From contig CAILVY010000137.1 of assembly GCA_903837785.1 (NCBI GenBank), forward strand, positions 15,225 through 79,224: 64,000 nucleotides of DNA, read 5' to 3'. This stretch comes from Candidatus Hydrogenedentota bacterium (GTDB taxonomy: Bacteria; Hydrogenedentota; Hydrogenedentia; Hydrogenedentales; CAILVY01). The translations under genes were made by a program, and so were the position numbers. Below are positions 37,501 through 47,745 of this stretch, in pieces (position 1 is the stretch's first letter; the number at the start of each line of letters is the position of its first letter). The notes beneath the pieces were generated by a model. The model was not told the origin of the DNA. It did no database searches and was given only the letters and a program-made list of their open reading frames with translations.

Positions 37501-38979
37501 CTACCTGCCGGACGAATCCGCGTCTGCCGTCAGCGCCTCACCCGAGAGGCGCTCCACTTCCGCAAGGGCTTGATGGCACGTGGTGAGCGCCTCCACGTAC
37601 TGCTGCTGGACACTAAAGTAGGTCTTCTGGGCGTCGAGAACGTCCAGATAACCGAACTTGCCTTGGGCGTAGCCCTCGTGTGTCCGTTCGTACGTGTCCT
37701 TGGCACGCGGCAGCACGCGGTCGCGGAGCGCCGTCACGGTTTCCTGTCCCCGCTGCAGTTCCTGGAACGCCGCAAACAAGGCGGCGTGCGCACCCACATC
37801 GGCGCGGCGGCGTTCCTCGAGGGCGCGGGCGGCCTCGCTTTCCGCTTCCTTGATCCCCCCCTGGTTCCGATCGAAAAGGGGCAGAGGCACCGCGAAGTCG
37901 AAGACCAGAGAATGCTCCCACGCGTCGTCCGGATCAGCATGTCCCCGGCTCCACGCGCTGCTGCCGGCTCCTGCGCTCCAGGATTCCTGCGTGCGGGCAC
38001 CCAAGCCCGTGGCGCGCAGCCCCAGGGTCACTGTGAGGTCCGGAACGCGCTTCGACCGCGCCGCGCGCACTGCCGCCTCGCGCGCTTCCATTTCGTCCGC
38101 CCAACGCGCCACATCCGGATTCTTCGCGAGCGAGGCCGTGAGGCTCTCGAAGGACGGCAACCCCGGAAGCGCATCGAGATCGCCGAGGACCCGCTCAAAA
38201 TCGGGCGCCGAGGCCCCCCAATTCGCCGCGAGCGAGGCGCGCGCCGCGGACAGCACGTGCCGTGACTCCGTCTCGGCGATGCGCGCCGAATCCAGTTCCG
38301 TCTGCGCCTTGTTGGATTCCAGCGGAGAGACCTTGCCCGCCTCCACCCGTGCTGCGACGGCCTCCGCGGCCGCCCCCGCCACCTGGACCATGCCCGAGGC
38401 AAGTTCCAGCCGGCGCTGGGCGCTGAGCGTGGCGATGAAATCATGCGTCGTTTTCGTCATGACATTCAGCCGCGCCGCCTCATAGTCCCATTGCGCCAGG
38501 TCCTGCTCGCGCCGCGCCATGTGAAAGCGCTTCACACGCTTTCCCCCCAGTTCAATGACCTGCGCGAGGCGCAGCGTGAACTGGCTTTCGGCGAAGCCCG
38601 CTTTCGCGCCCGATTCACGCGTGTGCTCCCGGCCCGCGCTGAAGCCCCCGGCACCGGCGCCCCAGGATCGCGTGACCCCGTGCGTTCCGGGGCCTTCCTT
38701 CCAGCGCAAGTCTTCGATCTCGAGCGAAAGCTCAGGATTCGGCCGCAGCGACGCCTGCAGCGTGCGCGCTTCGGCCGAGCGGATCTTCCACCGGAACGAA
38801 GCCAGCTCAGGACTGTTTTGCAGCGTCAGGGCGGCCGCCTGCGCCAGCGTAAGTTCGCGGGGCGCCTCCGCTGCCGCCGTGTCGGGCGGCGTGCTGCCGG
38901 CCGCGGATTCCGGCGCCTGTGCAAAACTGAAATGCACGGACCACAACGCCAGGATGGCAAGAAGCCATATTCTATGCAT
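37501..38979 (-). CDS. TolC-family outer-membrane efflux protein (CzcC-like OMF)
   Basis: A signal peptide is followed by LTLAQAAALTLQNSPEL...LRPNPELSLEIEDL, the two-repeat OEP signature. The start is taken at M 38979 (MHRIWLL). Confidence 0.75.
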   Translation of the reverse strand: MHRIWLLAILALWSVHFSFAQAPESAAGSTPPDTAAAEAPRELTLAQAAALTLQNSPELASFRWKIRSAEARTLQASLRPNPELSLEIEDLRWKEGPGTHGVTRSWGAGAGGFSAGREHTRESGAKAGFAESQFTLRLAQVIELGGKRVKRFHMARREQDLAQWDYEAARLNVMTKTTHDFIATLSAQRRLELASGMVQVAGAAAEAVAARVEAGKVSPLESNKAQTELDSARIAETESRHVLSAARASLAANWGASAPDFERVLGDLDALPGLPSFESLTASLAKNPDVARWADEMEAREAAVRAARSKRVPDLTVTLGLRATGLGARTQESWSAGAGSSAWSRGHADPDDAWEHSLVFDFAVPLPLFDRNQGGIKEAESEAARALEERRRADVGAHAALFAAFQELQRGQETVTALRDRVLPRAKDTYERTHEGYAQGKFGYLDVLDAQKTYFSVQQQYVEALTTCHQALAEVERLSGEALTADADSSGR

Positions 38980-39127
38980 GGGGCGCCCTTTCACCAGTGC
39001 CGGCAACGGCGTTCCACCGGAGCAATGCGGCGAAGATTTCGTTTGAAAGCCTTACGCGGCTATAGACTATGTGGACGGAAGTCCCCGTTTCAAAGCGCGG
39101 TACGGCGCTTGACCGGACTGCGCCGCG

Positions 39128-40480
39128 TCATTTGCCCGCACTGGAGGAATCGTTCAGGTTGTTGTTCCAGAGGTAGTGGCGCGTCTCGGCCACGACCACG
39201 CCGCTGAGCAAGACCAGCACGATCAGATTGGGCACGGCCATCAGCGCATTGGCGATGTCGGCGAATGACCACACCACGGGCAACGATACGACCGAGCCGA
39301 CCATGACCGCGGCCACCCAAAGGCAGCGATAGGGAAAGATCGCGCGCGGTCCGAGGAGATATTCGATGGCCTTCTCGCCGTAGTAGCACCAGCCGAGAAT
39401 CGTGGAGAAGACAAACGTGATCATGCCGAGCGTGAGGATGACGGGCCCAATGCCCGGAAAATCGGCAAACGCTTTGTGCGTCAGTTCCGCGCCCTTCAGT
39501 CCGGTGGTCCAGGCGCCGGAGTTGACGATGACCAGGCCCGTCATCAGGCAGATGACCACGGTGTCCCAGAACGTGCCGGTCGAAGAGACAAGTGCCTGCC
39601 GCACGGGGTTCTTGGTTTGCGCGGCGGCGGCGACGATGGGCGCGCTGCCGAGCCCCGATTCATTCGAGAACAGGCCGCGCGCCACGCCGTAGCGCATGGC
39701 CGCGCGCACGCCCGCGCCCAGGAACCCGCCGACGGCGGCCTGGCCCGTGAACGCGCTCTTCACGATAAGCAGGATGGTTGCGGGCAACGTGTCAATGCCG
39801 ATGAACAGCAGGATGAGGCACCCGCCCACATAGACGATCGCCATGAAAGGAACCAGGGCCTCGGACACCCGCGCAATCGACCGGATGCCGCCCAGCACGA
39901 CAATCGCCGTGAGAGTGGTTATCACCGCGCCGCTGATCCAGGGAGAAATGCCCACCGCATCCTTGAGCACGCCCGCCAGCGCGTTGGCCTGAACCATGTC
40001 TCCAATGCCGAAGGCGGCGATGGACGTAAAGAACGCGAAAAGAACGCCGAGCCATTTCGCGTTCAGGCCGTTCTCCAGCGCGTACATCGGCCCGCCGGCA
40101 ACCGTGCCATCGGGGCGCAGGACGCGGTATTTCACCGCCAGCAGGGCTTCCGAGTACTTCGTGGCGATGCCGAAGACGCCCGTGAGCCACATCCAGAGCA
40201 CTGCCCCGGGCCCGCCCGCGGCGATGGCCGTCGCAACGCCGACAATGTTGCCTGTGCCCACGGTGGCGGCCAGGGCGGTCATGAGCGCGCCGAACTGGCT
40301 GATCTCGCCCTCGCCCTCCCGCGTCCGCTGGAGCGACAGCTTGATCGCCTTGCCGATGAATCGCTGGATCAGGCGCAGCCGGATTGTGAGGAATATGTGG
40401 GTGCCCATCAGCAGGATGAGCATGGGCGGCCCCCACACAATGTCGCTCACTCTTGCCAAAAAGATCTCGATGTAACTCAT
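39128..40480 (-). CDS. alanine/glycine:cation symporter (AGCS) family transporter
   Basis: The segment FGALMTALAATVGTGNIVGVATAIAAGGPGAVLWMW is the AGCS signature. The protein has about 11 TM helices. Confidence 0.85.
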   Translation of the reverse strand: MSYIEIFLARVSDIVWGPPMLILLMGTHIFLTIRLRLIQRFIGKAIKLSLQRTREGEGEISQFGALMTALAATVGTGNIVGVATAIAAGGPGAVLWMWLTGVFGIATKYSEALLAVKYRVLRPDGTVAGGPMYALENGLNAKWLGVLFAFFTSIAAFGIGDMVQANALAGVLKDAVGISPWISGAVITTLTAIVVLGGIRSIARVSEALVPFMAIVYVGGCLILLFIGIDTLPATILLIVKSAFTGQAAVGGFLGAGVRAAMRYGVARGLFSNESGLGSAPIVAAAAQTKNPVRQALVSSTGTFWDTVVICLMTGLVIVNSGAWTTGLKGAELTHKAFADFPGIGPVILTLGMITFVFSTILGWCYYGEKAIEYLLGPRAIFPYRCLWVAAVMVGSVVSLPVVWSFADIANALMAVPNLIVLVLLSGVVVAETRHYLWNNNLNDSSSAGK

Positions 40481-40516
40481 GGCGCCTTTCGTCGCGGCTC
40501 ACGCGAGTCCGTCCGG

Positions 40517-41605
40517 TTATTTGCCCAGAAGGTACTTGTCGAAGAAGATGTTCATGACCTGCTGGCAATGCTCATTCACCGGCTCGAAAATGTCCATCGT
40601 GTGCGGATAGCCGGGGATGCAGTCATACCAGTATGTGGCGCCCACCGCCTTGAGCTTCTCCGCCAGCATGTCCGATTGTTCGACCGGGACAATGTTGTCG
40701 AGCGTCCCCTGGAAGATCAGCGTCGGAGGAACGTCCTTCCTCACGTGACTGATCGGCGACATCTGGCGATAGAGATCCGGCGCCTCGTCGAAGGTCTTCT
40801 TCATGCCGTTCAGCACTGTCGAGTTGTTGCGCGCCCCCGGCACTGTGAAGTCGCTCGGGCCGTACAAATCCACTACAGCCGCCACGGCGCTGCTCACGCC
40901 GGCGTGCCCGCCCGTGCCCTCGAGTTCGGGAACGTTGGAGGAATAGCCGACCATCAGCGACAAGTGGCCGCCCGCGGAGCCGCCGATCACGGCGATTTTG
41001 CTGGCGTCCACGTTGAACTGGGCCGCGTTCTCGCGCATCCAGCGCACCGCGCACTTCGCATCCTCGACGCAGGCCGGGAGCGGGGCTTCCTGCACGAAAC
41101 GGTACCCGATGGACGCCGCGACGAAGCCGCGCTTGGCATAGCGAACCGTGTAGTACTTGTAGTCCTTCTTGTTGCCGGAGGACCATCCGCCCCCGTGAAT
41201 GAAAATGAGCCCCGGAACGGGCTTGTCCAGCTTCTCGGGCGAATAGAGATCAAGGAGCAAGGCGCGGTCCCCTACGCGGCCATATTCGATGTCGGTCTTC
41301 ACGGTTACCCCTTCGGGAACGGGAATGCTCTTCTCATTCTCGATGTCGATAGGCTTCGCGAGGCCGAGCGCGTAAGAGATCAATGGCATGGCGCCACAAA
41401 GATAGCCGCGCGGCGGCTTGGGCGCGTTCTCCGGCATATACATCAGGTCCGGGCGCATTGGCTGCCGCAGTTCAATCGCCATCGCGTAGAGGAACGGATC
41501 CTTCTTCTTGAGAACCATCAGCCCGGCCGCCGCGGCGCCCACCGCCAGGCCAAACAGAATCAGGACAACGATGATGGCAATACGTAACTTGCGCATGGCA
41601 CCCAT
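40517..41605 (-). CDS. alpha/beta-hydrolase fold esterase/lipase
   Basis: The HGGGW oxyanion motif and the GGSAGG nucleophile elbow are present. There is an N-terminal signal-anchor. Confidence 0.75.
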   Translation of the reverse strand: MGAMRKLRIAIIVVLILFGLAVGAAAAGLMVLKKKDPFLYAMAIELRQPMRPDLMYMPENAPKPPRGYLCGAMPLISYALGLAKPIDIENEKSIPVPEGVTVKTDIEYGRVGDRALLLDLYSPEKLDKPVPGLIFIHGGGWSSGNKKDYKYYTVRYAKRGFVAASIGYRFVQEAPLPACVEDAKCAVRWMRENAAQFNVDASKIAVIGGSAGGHLSLMVGYSSNVPELEGTGGHAGVSSAVAAVVDLYGPSDFTVPGARNNSTVLNGMKKTFDEAPDLYRQMSPISHVRKDVPPTLIFQGTLDNIVPVEQSDMLAEKLKAVGATYWYDCIPGYPHTMDIFEPVNEHCQQVMNIFFDKYLLGK

Positions 41606-41677
41606 TCCTTATTGAGAAGGACTGCGGACAAACGCACCGGTGCGCTCATCCGCAGCCCGTACTTCTCCGTAATGAAA

Positions 41678-43156
41678 CTACGCGGTGATCTTCTCCGCCT
41701 GATAGCCGCCGCGCATGCGGTCCCGGGCGTAAATTGATCCGAACACGAGCACCAGAATCACCGCCATGCCCGATACAATCCGGAACGACATGCGGCCGCC
41801 GTACAACTCGGCGGGATTCAGGTCCTCCTTGGCGGCCACCACGATGGGAGCACTCGCCGGCGCGCACTTGATTGCCCCGCGCAGCACGTTGGCCGTCGTG
41901 TTCCGGGTGAGCGTGTTGTTCACCTTATACTCCGCCAGCACTGTCTGGGCCAGGACGATTGTTTCGTCGATGGCCGCGTTCAACTCATCCTTGCCCGTTT
42001 GCTTGTACTGCGGCAACGTGTCATTGACTTGCTGAACGATGGCCGCGGTCTTCGGGACGTCAAAAGTGTCATGCCCGTAGAAGTCCGCTATCAGGCCCAT
42101 CATCGGGATGGTGACCAGGCCCACGGCCAGGTTCCCCGCGGCCCCGAGCATGGCCAGCGCCAGTTCGCCGCCCTTGGGCACCCGGTCCGCCGCCACGCCG
42201 AGCATCGTCGGCCAGAAGTAGCAGACGCCGACTGCGAAGAGCGTGTCCGCCAGGAAGATCGAGGTGTAGCTCTGGGCGTAGCTGAGCCAGAGCAGGCCCA
42301 AACCCGACAGGAGCGCGGAATTGAGCAGCATGCCGGTGGGCGAAAGCTTCTTGACGGCCGGCCCCGAGAACTGCCGCAGCAAGGCCATCAGCAGGCTCGT
42401 CCAGACCAGCACCAGCATGCCGTGAATGCCGGCATTATCCAACACGGACGGAATCCAGCGGTTCGGGCCGAGTTCCACGGAGGCCGTCATCATCATGCAG
42501 ATCAACAGCAACCAGAAAAGGGGGCGGAAGAACGTGGCCGCGAACATGCCGCCAAAGGAGACGCCGGACTGCGCGCGCTCCGTGAGCGGGAACTTCTCAA
42601 ACATCATGATGGCCGCCGAAACCACTGCCGGAACCAGGATCAGGCACAGCTTGATCTGCCAGTTGCCGAACTCGTAGCGGTCCATGAGGAAGCAGAGCAG
42701 GCCGCCGATGACAATGCCGCCCGGGAACCAGACGTGGAACTGATTCAGCTTCTGGACTTTGCGATCGGGGTAGATTGTGGCCACGAGCGGGTTGCACGCG
42801 CCCTCGACCAGGCCATTGGCAAACGCAATCGTCAGCGCGCCCAGGAAGAGCATCCAGAAGCCCGTGGCGAAGACCATGACGCCCACGCCGATGAAGAAGA
42901 AGGCATACGCCATGCGCAGGAGAAAGCGCATGCCGAGCGCCGAACACAAGGGCCCGAAGATCAGGATCGAAATGGGGAAGCCCCACAGGCCCGCGCCCGT
43001 GATTACGCCCACCTGCCAATTCGCCAGCAGGAACTGCTTTTTCAGCGGATCGATAATCGAGCTGAGCACGGCGAAGGTCATGGCCGTCGCGATCAGTGTA
43101 ATGCAGCTCCCGGCAAAGAGCTTGAAAGGCTTGATATCCGCGGCTTGATGGCTCAT
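41678..43156 (-). CDS. MFS transporter
   Basis: The protein has about 12 TM helices. The loop 2-3 motif is GMRFLLRM. The overall architecture fits MFS. Confidence 0.6.
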   Translation of the reverse strand: MSHQAADIKPFKLFAGSCITLIATAMTFAVLSSIIDPLKKQFLLANWQVGVITGAGLWGFPISILIFGPLCSALGMRFLLRMAYAFFFIGVGVMVFATGFWMLFLGALTIAFANGLVEGACNPLVATIYPDRKVQKLNQFHVWFPGGIVIGGLLCFLMDRYEFGNWQIKLCLILVPAVVSAAIMMFEKFPLTERAQSGVSFGGMFAATFFRPLFWLLLICMMMTASVELGPNRWIPSVLDNAGIHGMLVLVWTSLLMALLRQFSGPAVKKLSPTGMLLNSALLSGLGLLWLSYAQSYTSIFLADTLFAVGVCYFWPTMLGVAADRVPKGGELALAMLGAAGNLAVGLVTIPMMGLIADFYGHDTFDVPKTAAIVQQVNDTLPQYKQTGKDELNAAIDETIVLAQTVLAEYKVNNTLTRNTTANVLRGAIKCAPASAPIVVAAKEDLNPAELYGGRMSFRIVSGMAVILVLVFGSIYARDRMRGGYQAEKITA

Positions 43157-43356
43157 ACGTCTGTTTCTCCCTCATCCCGGCCCGGCGGGGCCGATTGCCC
43201 AAGGATTGCGTCAGTGGCTGGAATACTACTTAGTTCAGTGCAACGGGTCAAGCTTTGAACCCAAGCGCCCCGTTACGCGGCCCCGCCATGACGGGTTCGT
43301 GAAACCCCGCTTCTCCGATGCCCGTCCAATCTCCTGAATCGACTCGGGAGCGTGCC

Positions 43357-44286
43357 ATGAAGAAGGTGCTTATCGTCTGTGGCGGCATCGTCGCCTTTCC
43401 CTTCGTACTCGTCTTTCTGTTGATGATCTTCGTGTTCGTCATGTCCTTCTTCAACGGGCGCGTGGACGCGCCCACCGACTTCTCGAAGAGCCCACTCCTC
43501 GCAACGCCTCCCGCGCCCCCGGCAAAGCCATTCACCCTGAAGATAGCGACCTTCAACATCCAGGATACGTATGTCGTGGGCTTCAACCGCCCCGCGCGGA
43601 TGCGCGCCATCGGGCGCGTGCTCCAACAACTCGACCCGGACGTTGTCGGTTTTCAGGAGGCCTTCGTCGAGGATGAGCGCGCGATCCTGATCCAGGCCCT
43701 GGGCAACTCGCGCCTGGCCCACAGTCAGTACTTCGGCAGCGGAACCGTCGGCAGCGGCGTCTTCATCATGAGCGCCTTCCCCATCCAGGAGGCCTGGTTT
43801 CACCGATACACCACAGCAAATGAGTGGTACAAGGTCTGGGAGGGCGACTGGTGGGCCGGCAAAGGCGTCGGTCTCGCACGCATCGCCCTGCCGAACGGCG
43901 GATTCCTCGACCTGTACAACACCCACGCGCAGGCGGGCTATGGCAATGCCCGCTATCGCCTCGTCCGCAAGGATCAGATGCTCGAACTGGCCCAGTTCAT
44001 CAATGACACCCGAAGCAAGACCTCGCCCGCATTCCTGACGGGCGACATGAATTGCGGCCCGGGCAAAGAGGATTTCGAGGCGGCTGTCGCCGCGGCGAAA
44101 CTCGTGCGCATGATGAGCATCGACACCCGTCTCGATCACATCTTCACGGTCGAGAATCCCAAGTTCACGGCCGAGTTGCTCGAGACGGTGCCCATCGCCG
44201 AGCGTGTTCAGGAAGACGGCAAGACGTTTGACTTGAGCGACCACTCGGGGTATATGAGTACTATCCGCGTCACGCCCGTCTCTTGA
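43357..44286 (+). CDS. endonuclease/exonuclease/phosphatase (EEP) family protein, sphingomyelinase-C-like, membrane-anchored
   Basis: An N-terminal TM is present. EEP motifs are TFNIQ, GFQEAF, GDMN, and SDHSG with a terminal His. Confidence 0.55.
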   Translation: MKKVLIVCGGIVAFPFVLVFLLMIFVFVMSFFNGRVDAPTDFSKSPLLATPPAPPAKPFTLKIATFNIQDTYVVGFNRPARMRAIGRVLQQLDPDVVGFQEAFVEDERAILIQALGNSRLAHSQYFGSGTVGSGVFIMSAFPIQEAWFHRYTTANEWYKVWEGDWWAGKGVGLARIALPNGGFLDLYNTHAQAGYGNARYRLVRKDQMLELAQFINDTRSKTSPAFLTGDMNCGPGKEDFEAAVAAAKLVRMMSIDTRLDHIFTVENPKFTAELLETVPIAERVQEDGKTFDLSDHSGYMSTIRVTPVS

Positions 44287-44324
44287 TCCTCCGGCGGGCC
44301 GGGCGGAAAAGAGGACGACACCCC

Positions 44325-45014
44325 ATGAACCGTCTGCTCGCTGCCATACTGCTCCTTATTCCCTTCGCAGGCGTGGCCGAACCCACACTGGCCGAGGTCG
44401 ATCGCCAGGTGCGTCAGGCATGGGAAGGGGTGCATGCGCTCCGCGCCGAACTGGCGGTCAAAACCCGCTTCCAGATGGGATTGGAACGGGTCGACTCCGA
44501 GAGCGCCGGCACGCTGGCCTATCGGAAGGACGGCGCCCAGGAGAAATACCGCATCCGGGCCGGACTCAAGGGTGGCCTGGGGGAGAAGCTGGCCAAGGGG
44601 GCAATCGAGACCCTCTTCGATGGCGCCACCCTCTATCGCATCAACGCCATCGGCGCCAACAGGCAGGCCCGGATCATCGAAGCGAACGTCCTCGAACAGA
44701 CGACCCCGCCCGGCGGCGGAAGGCTCCTCGACTGCATCAAGGCGCAATGCGAGATCAAGGCTGTCCGCGAAACCCAATGCGACGGCGTTCCCGCCTTTGC
44801 CCTCGAGTGCCTTCCGAAGAACCACGGCGGAGTCACGGCCGTCAAGCGGCTGTGCGTTTACCTGGATCGGGAGCTCGGGCTCCAGCGCAAAGCTGTCTTC
44901 TTCGGCGAGCAAGGCGAAGAAGTCTCCGTGCTCACCCTCTCGAACGTCACTGTGAATCCCGACCTCGCCGCCGAGTCCTTCACCGCACCGCCGGCCGCTT
45001 CCGCCCCGCGCTGA
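44325..45014 (+). CDS. LolA-like / outer-membrane lipoprotein-sorting protein family (weak)
   Basis: A signal peptide is present. The protein is about 230 aa and beta-rich. AAAAGAGGA lies about 10 nt upstream of ATG 44325. Only the general architecture resembles the family. Confidence 0.35.
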   Translation: MNRLLAAILLLIPFAGVAEPTLAEVDRQVRQAWEGVHALRAELAVKTRFQMGLERVDSESAGTLAYRKDGAQEKYRIRAGLKGGLGEKLAKGAIETLFDGATLYRINAIGANRQARIIEANVLEQTTPPGGGRLLDCIKAQCEIKAVRETQCDGVPAFALECLPKNHGGVTAVKRLCVYLDRELGLQRKAVFFGEQGEEVSVLTLSNVTVNPDLAAESFTAPPAASAPR

Positions 45015-45199
45015 GGCGCCGGACTGAGCACACCGCTCGGCGCGGGCAGCCAACCTCGCCCCCCGTGTGTGGGCAGGACGAGAGCGACAGAGTGGGGGAG
45101 AGGGCGAGTGGGTTTCGTTTCCGTGCAATTCCTCCGAAATCCGGCCTTGCAGCCCTCGCGGCGCCCGTGGTACCTTCCGCATCAACCGGGAGGCGCCTC

Positions 45200-46309
45200 A
45201 TGGAATGGATCATGTTCTTGTGCAGTATTGCGGCCGCGGCCGAGGTTACGCCGTCCGAATCCTGCCTCCTGCGCACGGCCGAGGCCGTAGAACTGGGCCG
45301 CGCTGATCTCCTGGCCATACAAACGGCCGTGGAGACGGCGGCAGATCGCCTTTTGGCAGGCGGGAAACTCTGGGCATCGGGCAACCCGGCGCTCGTGAGC
45401 GAGATCACCGGGCGCGCGGGCGGGCTCATGATGATTCGAAGCCTCGGGACGTCTGTTCCGGCCGCGGGCGACGTCGTGCTGCATTTTCCCGAATCGGGCG
45501 GGACATCCCCGGACGGCCCGGCATTTGTGGCTGCGTTTGGCGGCGCGGACGCTAAGGGCGCCGTGATCCCCACGCACGCAGAGGTGTGCGGCATCTCCCC
45601 CTCGCTCGCCCAGGCGATCCCCGCGTGGTTGTTCACCGGCGAACTCGTAGCCGCCCTGACGCGGCGCGGCAAGATGCCGGTGATCTTCGAGAGTATCGGC
45701 GCCTACGGCGGCTATGCCCGCATGACGCAATACAAGAACGGCGAGGTCCCCTTTCACGACGATAAGCAGGTGCCTCCGGTGGCCTATGGCGTGCTAGGCA
45801 ACCGCTTTGCCGACAACGTCTCCGCCATGCTTCGCCGGGTCGATCGCGAGCAGCGGGCGCAACTGGAACGCGCCGGGGCCTGGGCGCGCGAGGCGCGGGC
45901 GGCGAAGCGGCAGTTGTTCATGTACAGCATGGGGCACCTCTTTCCGGATGAGGTGGGGAAGACCGCGCTCGGCGCAATTTTCCGCTCGGCGGTGTGGAAC
46001 GCCGGATTCCGCGGTCCGAAGCCCGAGGATGCCTATCACGCCGGAGACGTGGCGATCCTGATTGGCTATCAGCATCCGCCGGGCGACCTGCTCCGAAAGA
46101 CACGGCCCGCCGGCGCGCAGGTTGCCTATACCGCCCTCTTTGCCGACCGGGATTTTGTTCACGACAGCGGCGTCGTCTGGATAGACCCGATGTGGAGTTG
46201 GCCGGATGCCTGCGTGCCCCTCGAGGGCTACGACGTGCCGCTGCTCCCGGCGTCGGGCATCGTCAACGCGGCCATCGCCTGGGAGCTTTACCGCCTCACC
46301 GCGCGCTGA
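45200..46309 (+). CDS. hypothetical protein (370 aa)
   Basis: GGAGG sits 7 nt upstream of ATG 45200. The composition is protein-like. The track ORF 44420..46309 fuses this gene to an out-of-frame read-through of the previous gene. Confidence 0.45.
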   Translation: MEWIMFLCSIAAAAEVTPSESCLLRTAEAVELGRADLLAIQTAVETAADRLLAGGKLWASGNPALVSEITGRAGGLMMIRSLGTSVPAAGDVVLHFPESGGTSPDGPAFVAAFGGADAKGAVIPTHAEVCGISPSLAQAIPAWLFTGELVAALTRRGKMPVIFESIGAYGGYARMTQYKNGEVPFHDDKQVPPVAYGVLGNRFADNVSAMLRRVDREQRAQLERAGAWAREARAAKRQLFMYSMGHLFPDEVGKTALGAIFRSAVWNAGFRGPKPEDAYHAGDVAILIGYQHPPGDLLRKTRPAGAQVAYTALFADRDFVHDSGVVWIDPMWSWPDACVPLEGYDVPLLPASGIVNAAIAWELYRLTAR

Positions 46310-46383
46310 CCCCGGGCGTTGGAATGACGCGGCGCCATGGAGTACGATCGCTTTGGAAACGAAGTCCACAAAGGAGACCGCCG

Positions 46384-47745
46384 GTGAAGACGCCCGCCCA
46401 ACTTGAAGCCGCATTGGAGGACTTTGACCGCGCGAAGCGCTGGGAGGCTCTGCAGGGCCTGATCGCCCTCGTGGACGCTGGGGAAATAGAGTTCCCGCCG
46501 GAAGGCCCCTTCTTCAACCTGCACGCGCACAGCTTCTTCTCGTACAACGGCTACGGGTATTCGCCCGCGTATCTCGCGTGGAAAGCCAAGTGCGAGGGAC
46601 TGCGCGGCATGGGCCTCGTGGACTTCGACGTGCTCGACGGAGTGGACGAGTTTCTGGATGCGTGCCGTGCGCTGAGGCTGCGGGCCTGCGCGGGATTCGA
46701 GACACGCATCTTCGTGCCGGAATTCGGCACACGCGTCATGAATTCGCCGGGCGAGCCGGGCGTCAGCTATCACGTGGGCGTGGGCTTCACGTCGAGTTCC
46801 GTCTGCGGCGAGGAGCTGATGGGGCAGTTGAAGGAGATCGCCCAGACGCGGAACCGCAGCATGGTCGATCGGATCAACCCGCATCTCGATCCGGTTCGGC
46901 TCGACTATGACGCGGACGTGTTGCCGTTGACGCCGAACGGCAACGCCACAGAGCGCCATGTCTGCACCGCCTACGATACGAAAGCGAAGGCGGTCTTTCC
47001 CGAAGCGGACGCGCGCGCGGCCTTCTGGGCGCAGAAACTGAACGCGGATATCGGCACCATCAAGAGCTGCCTGGACGAGGGGCCCATCTTTCAGGGCCTG
47101 ATCCGCGCGAAAACCATGAAGGCCGGGGGCGTGGGGTACGTGAAGCCCGAGGGCCCGGAATTCCCGCGCGTCCAGGAGGTGAACGACTTCATTCTTGCCA
47201 ACGGCGCCATCCCCAGCTACGCCTGGGTGGACGGCACCTCGGCGGGGGAGGCCGCCATCGAGGAACTGCTCGATGTCATGCAGTCCTCCGGCGCGGCCAT
47301 CCTTACAGTCATTCCCGAGCGCAACTGGAACTTCAAGGATCCCGACGTGCGCAAGCTCAAGGTGGCAAACCTGTACGATTTCGTGGAGCGTGCAAAAGCG
47401 CGGAATCTCCCCGTTGTCGTGGGCACTGAGATGAACGCCTATGGCCAGCGCTTTGTGGACGCCTTCGACTCGCCCGAGTTGAAGCCGCTGTACCCGGTCT
47501 TCCTTGAAGGCGCGAACATCATTCACGCGCACACGCTCCTGCAGGGGCATGCGGGCATGGGGTATCTCAGCGACTGGGCGCAGGCCCGCTTTGCCTCCGT
47601 GTGGGAGAAGAACGCGTTCTTTGCCGCATTGGGCGAAAAATATGTCTCGGCAAAAGAAGGTGCGTTTCTTGCCGTGAATCCGGCGCGAAGCGCGGACGAG
47701 ATTGCGTCAGCGCTGGGTCTGGAACTGGGGAGGCCGCTAACATGA
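46384..47745 (+). CDS. PHP-domain-like metal-dependent phosphoesterase family protein (tentative)
   Basis: AAAGGAG sits upstream of GTG 46384. The N-terminal segment NLHAHSFFSYNG resembles the PHP HxH...S.G motif. The stop overlaps the next start in an ATGA arrangement. Confidence 0.4.
   Translation: MKTPAQLEAALEDFDRAKRWEALQGLIALVDAGEIEFPPEGPFFNLHAHSFFSYNGYGYSPAYLAWKAKCEGLRGMGLVDFDVLDGVDEFLDACRALRLRACAGFETRIFVPEFGTRVMNSPGEPGVSYHVGVGFTSSSVCGEELMGQLKEIAQTRNRSMVDRINPHLDPVRLDYDADVLPLTPNGNATERHVCTAYDTKAKAVFPEADARAAFWAQKLNADIGTIKSCLDEGPIFQGLIRAKTMKAGGVGYVKPEGPEFPRVQEVNDFILANGAIPSYAWVDGTSAGEAAIEELLDVMQSSGAAILTVIPERNWNFKDPDVRKLKVANLYDFVERAKARNLPVVVGTEMNAYGQRFVDAFDSPELKPLYPVFLEGANIIHAHTLLQGHAGMGYLSDWAQARFASVWEKNAFFAALGEKYVSAKEGAFLAVNPARSADEIASALGLELGRPLT

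Noticed and set aside
39476-41587. 703-aa plus-strand ORF, and 41999..43258 plus-strand ORF
   Set aside because: They are antisense to the AGCS transporter, the esterase and the MFS genes.
44420-46309. 629-aa plus-strand ORF
   Set aside because: It is a chimera. Its 5' part is an alternative-frame read-through across the LolA-like gene. The real gene starts at ATG 45200, which has its own GGAGG.
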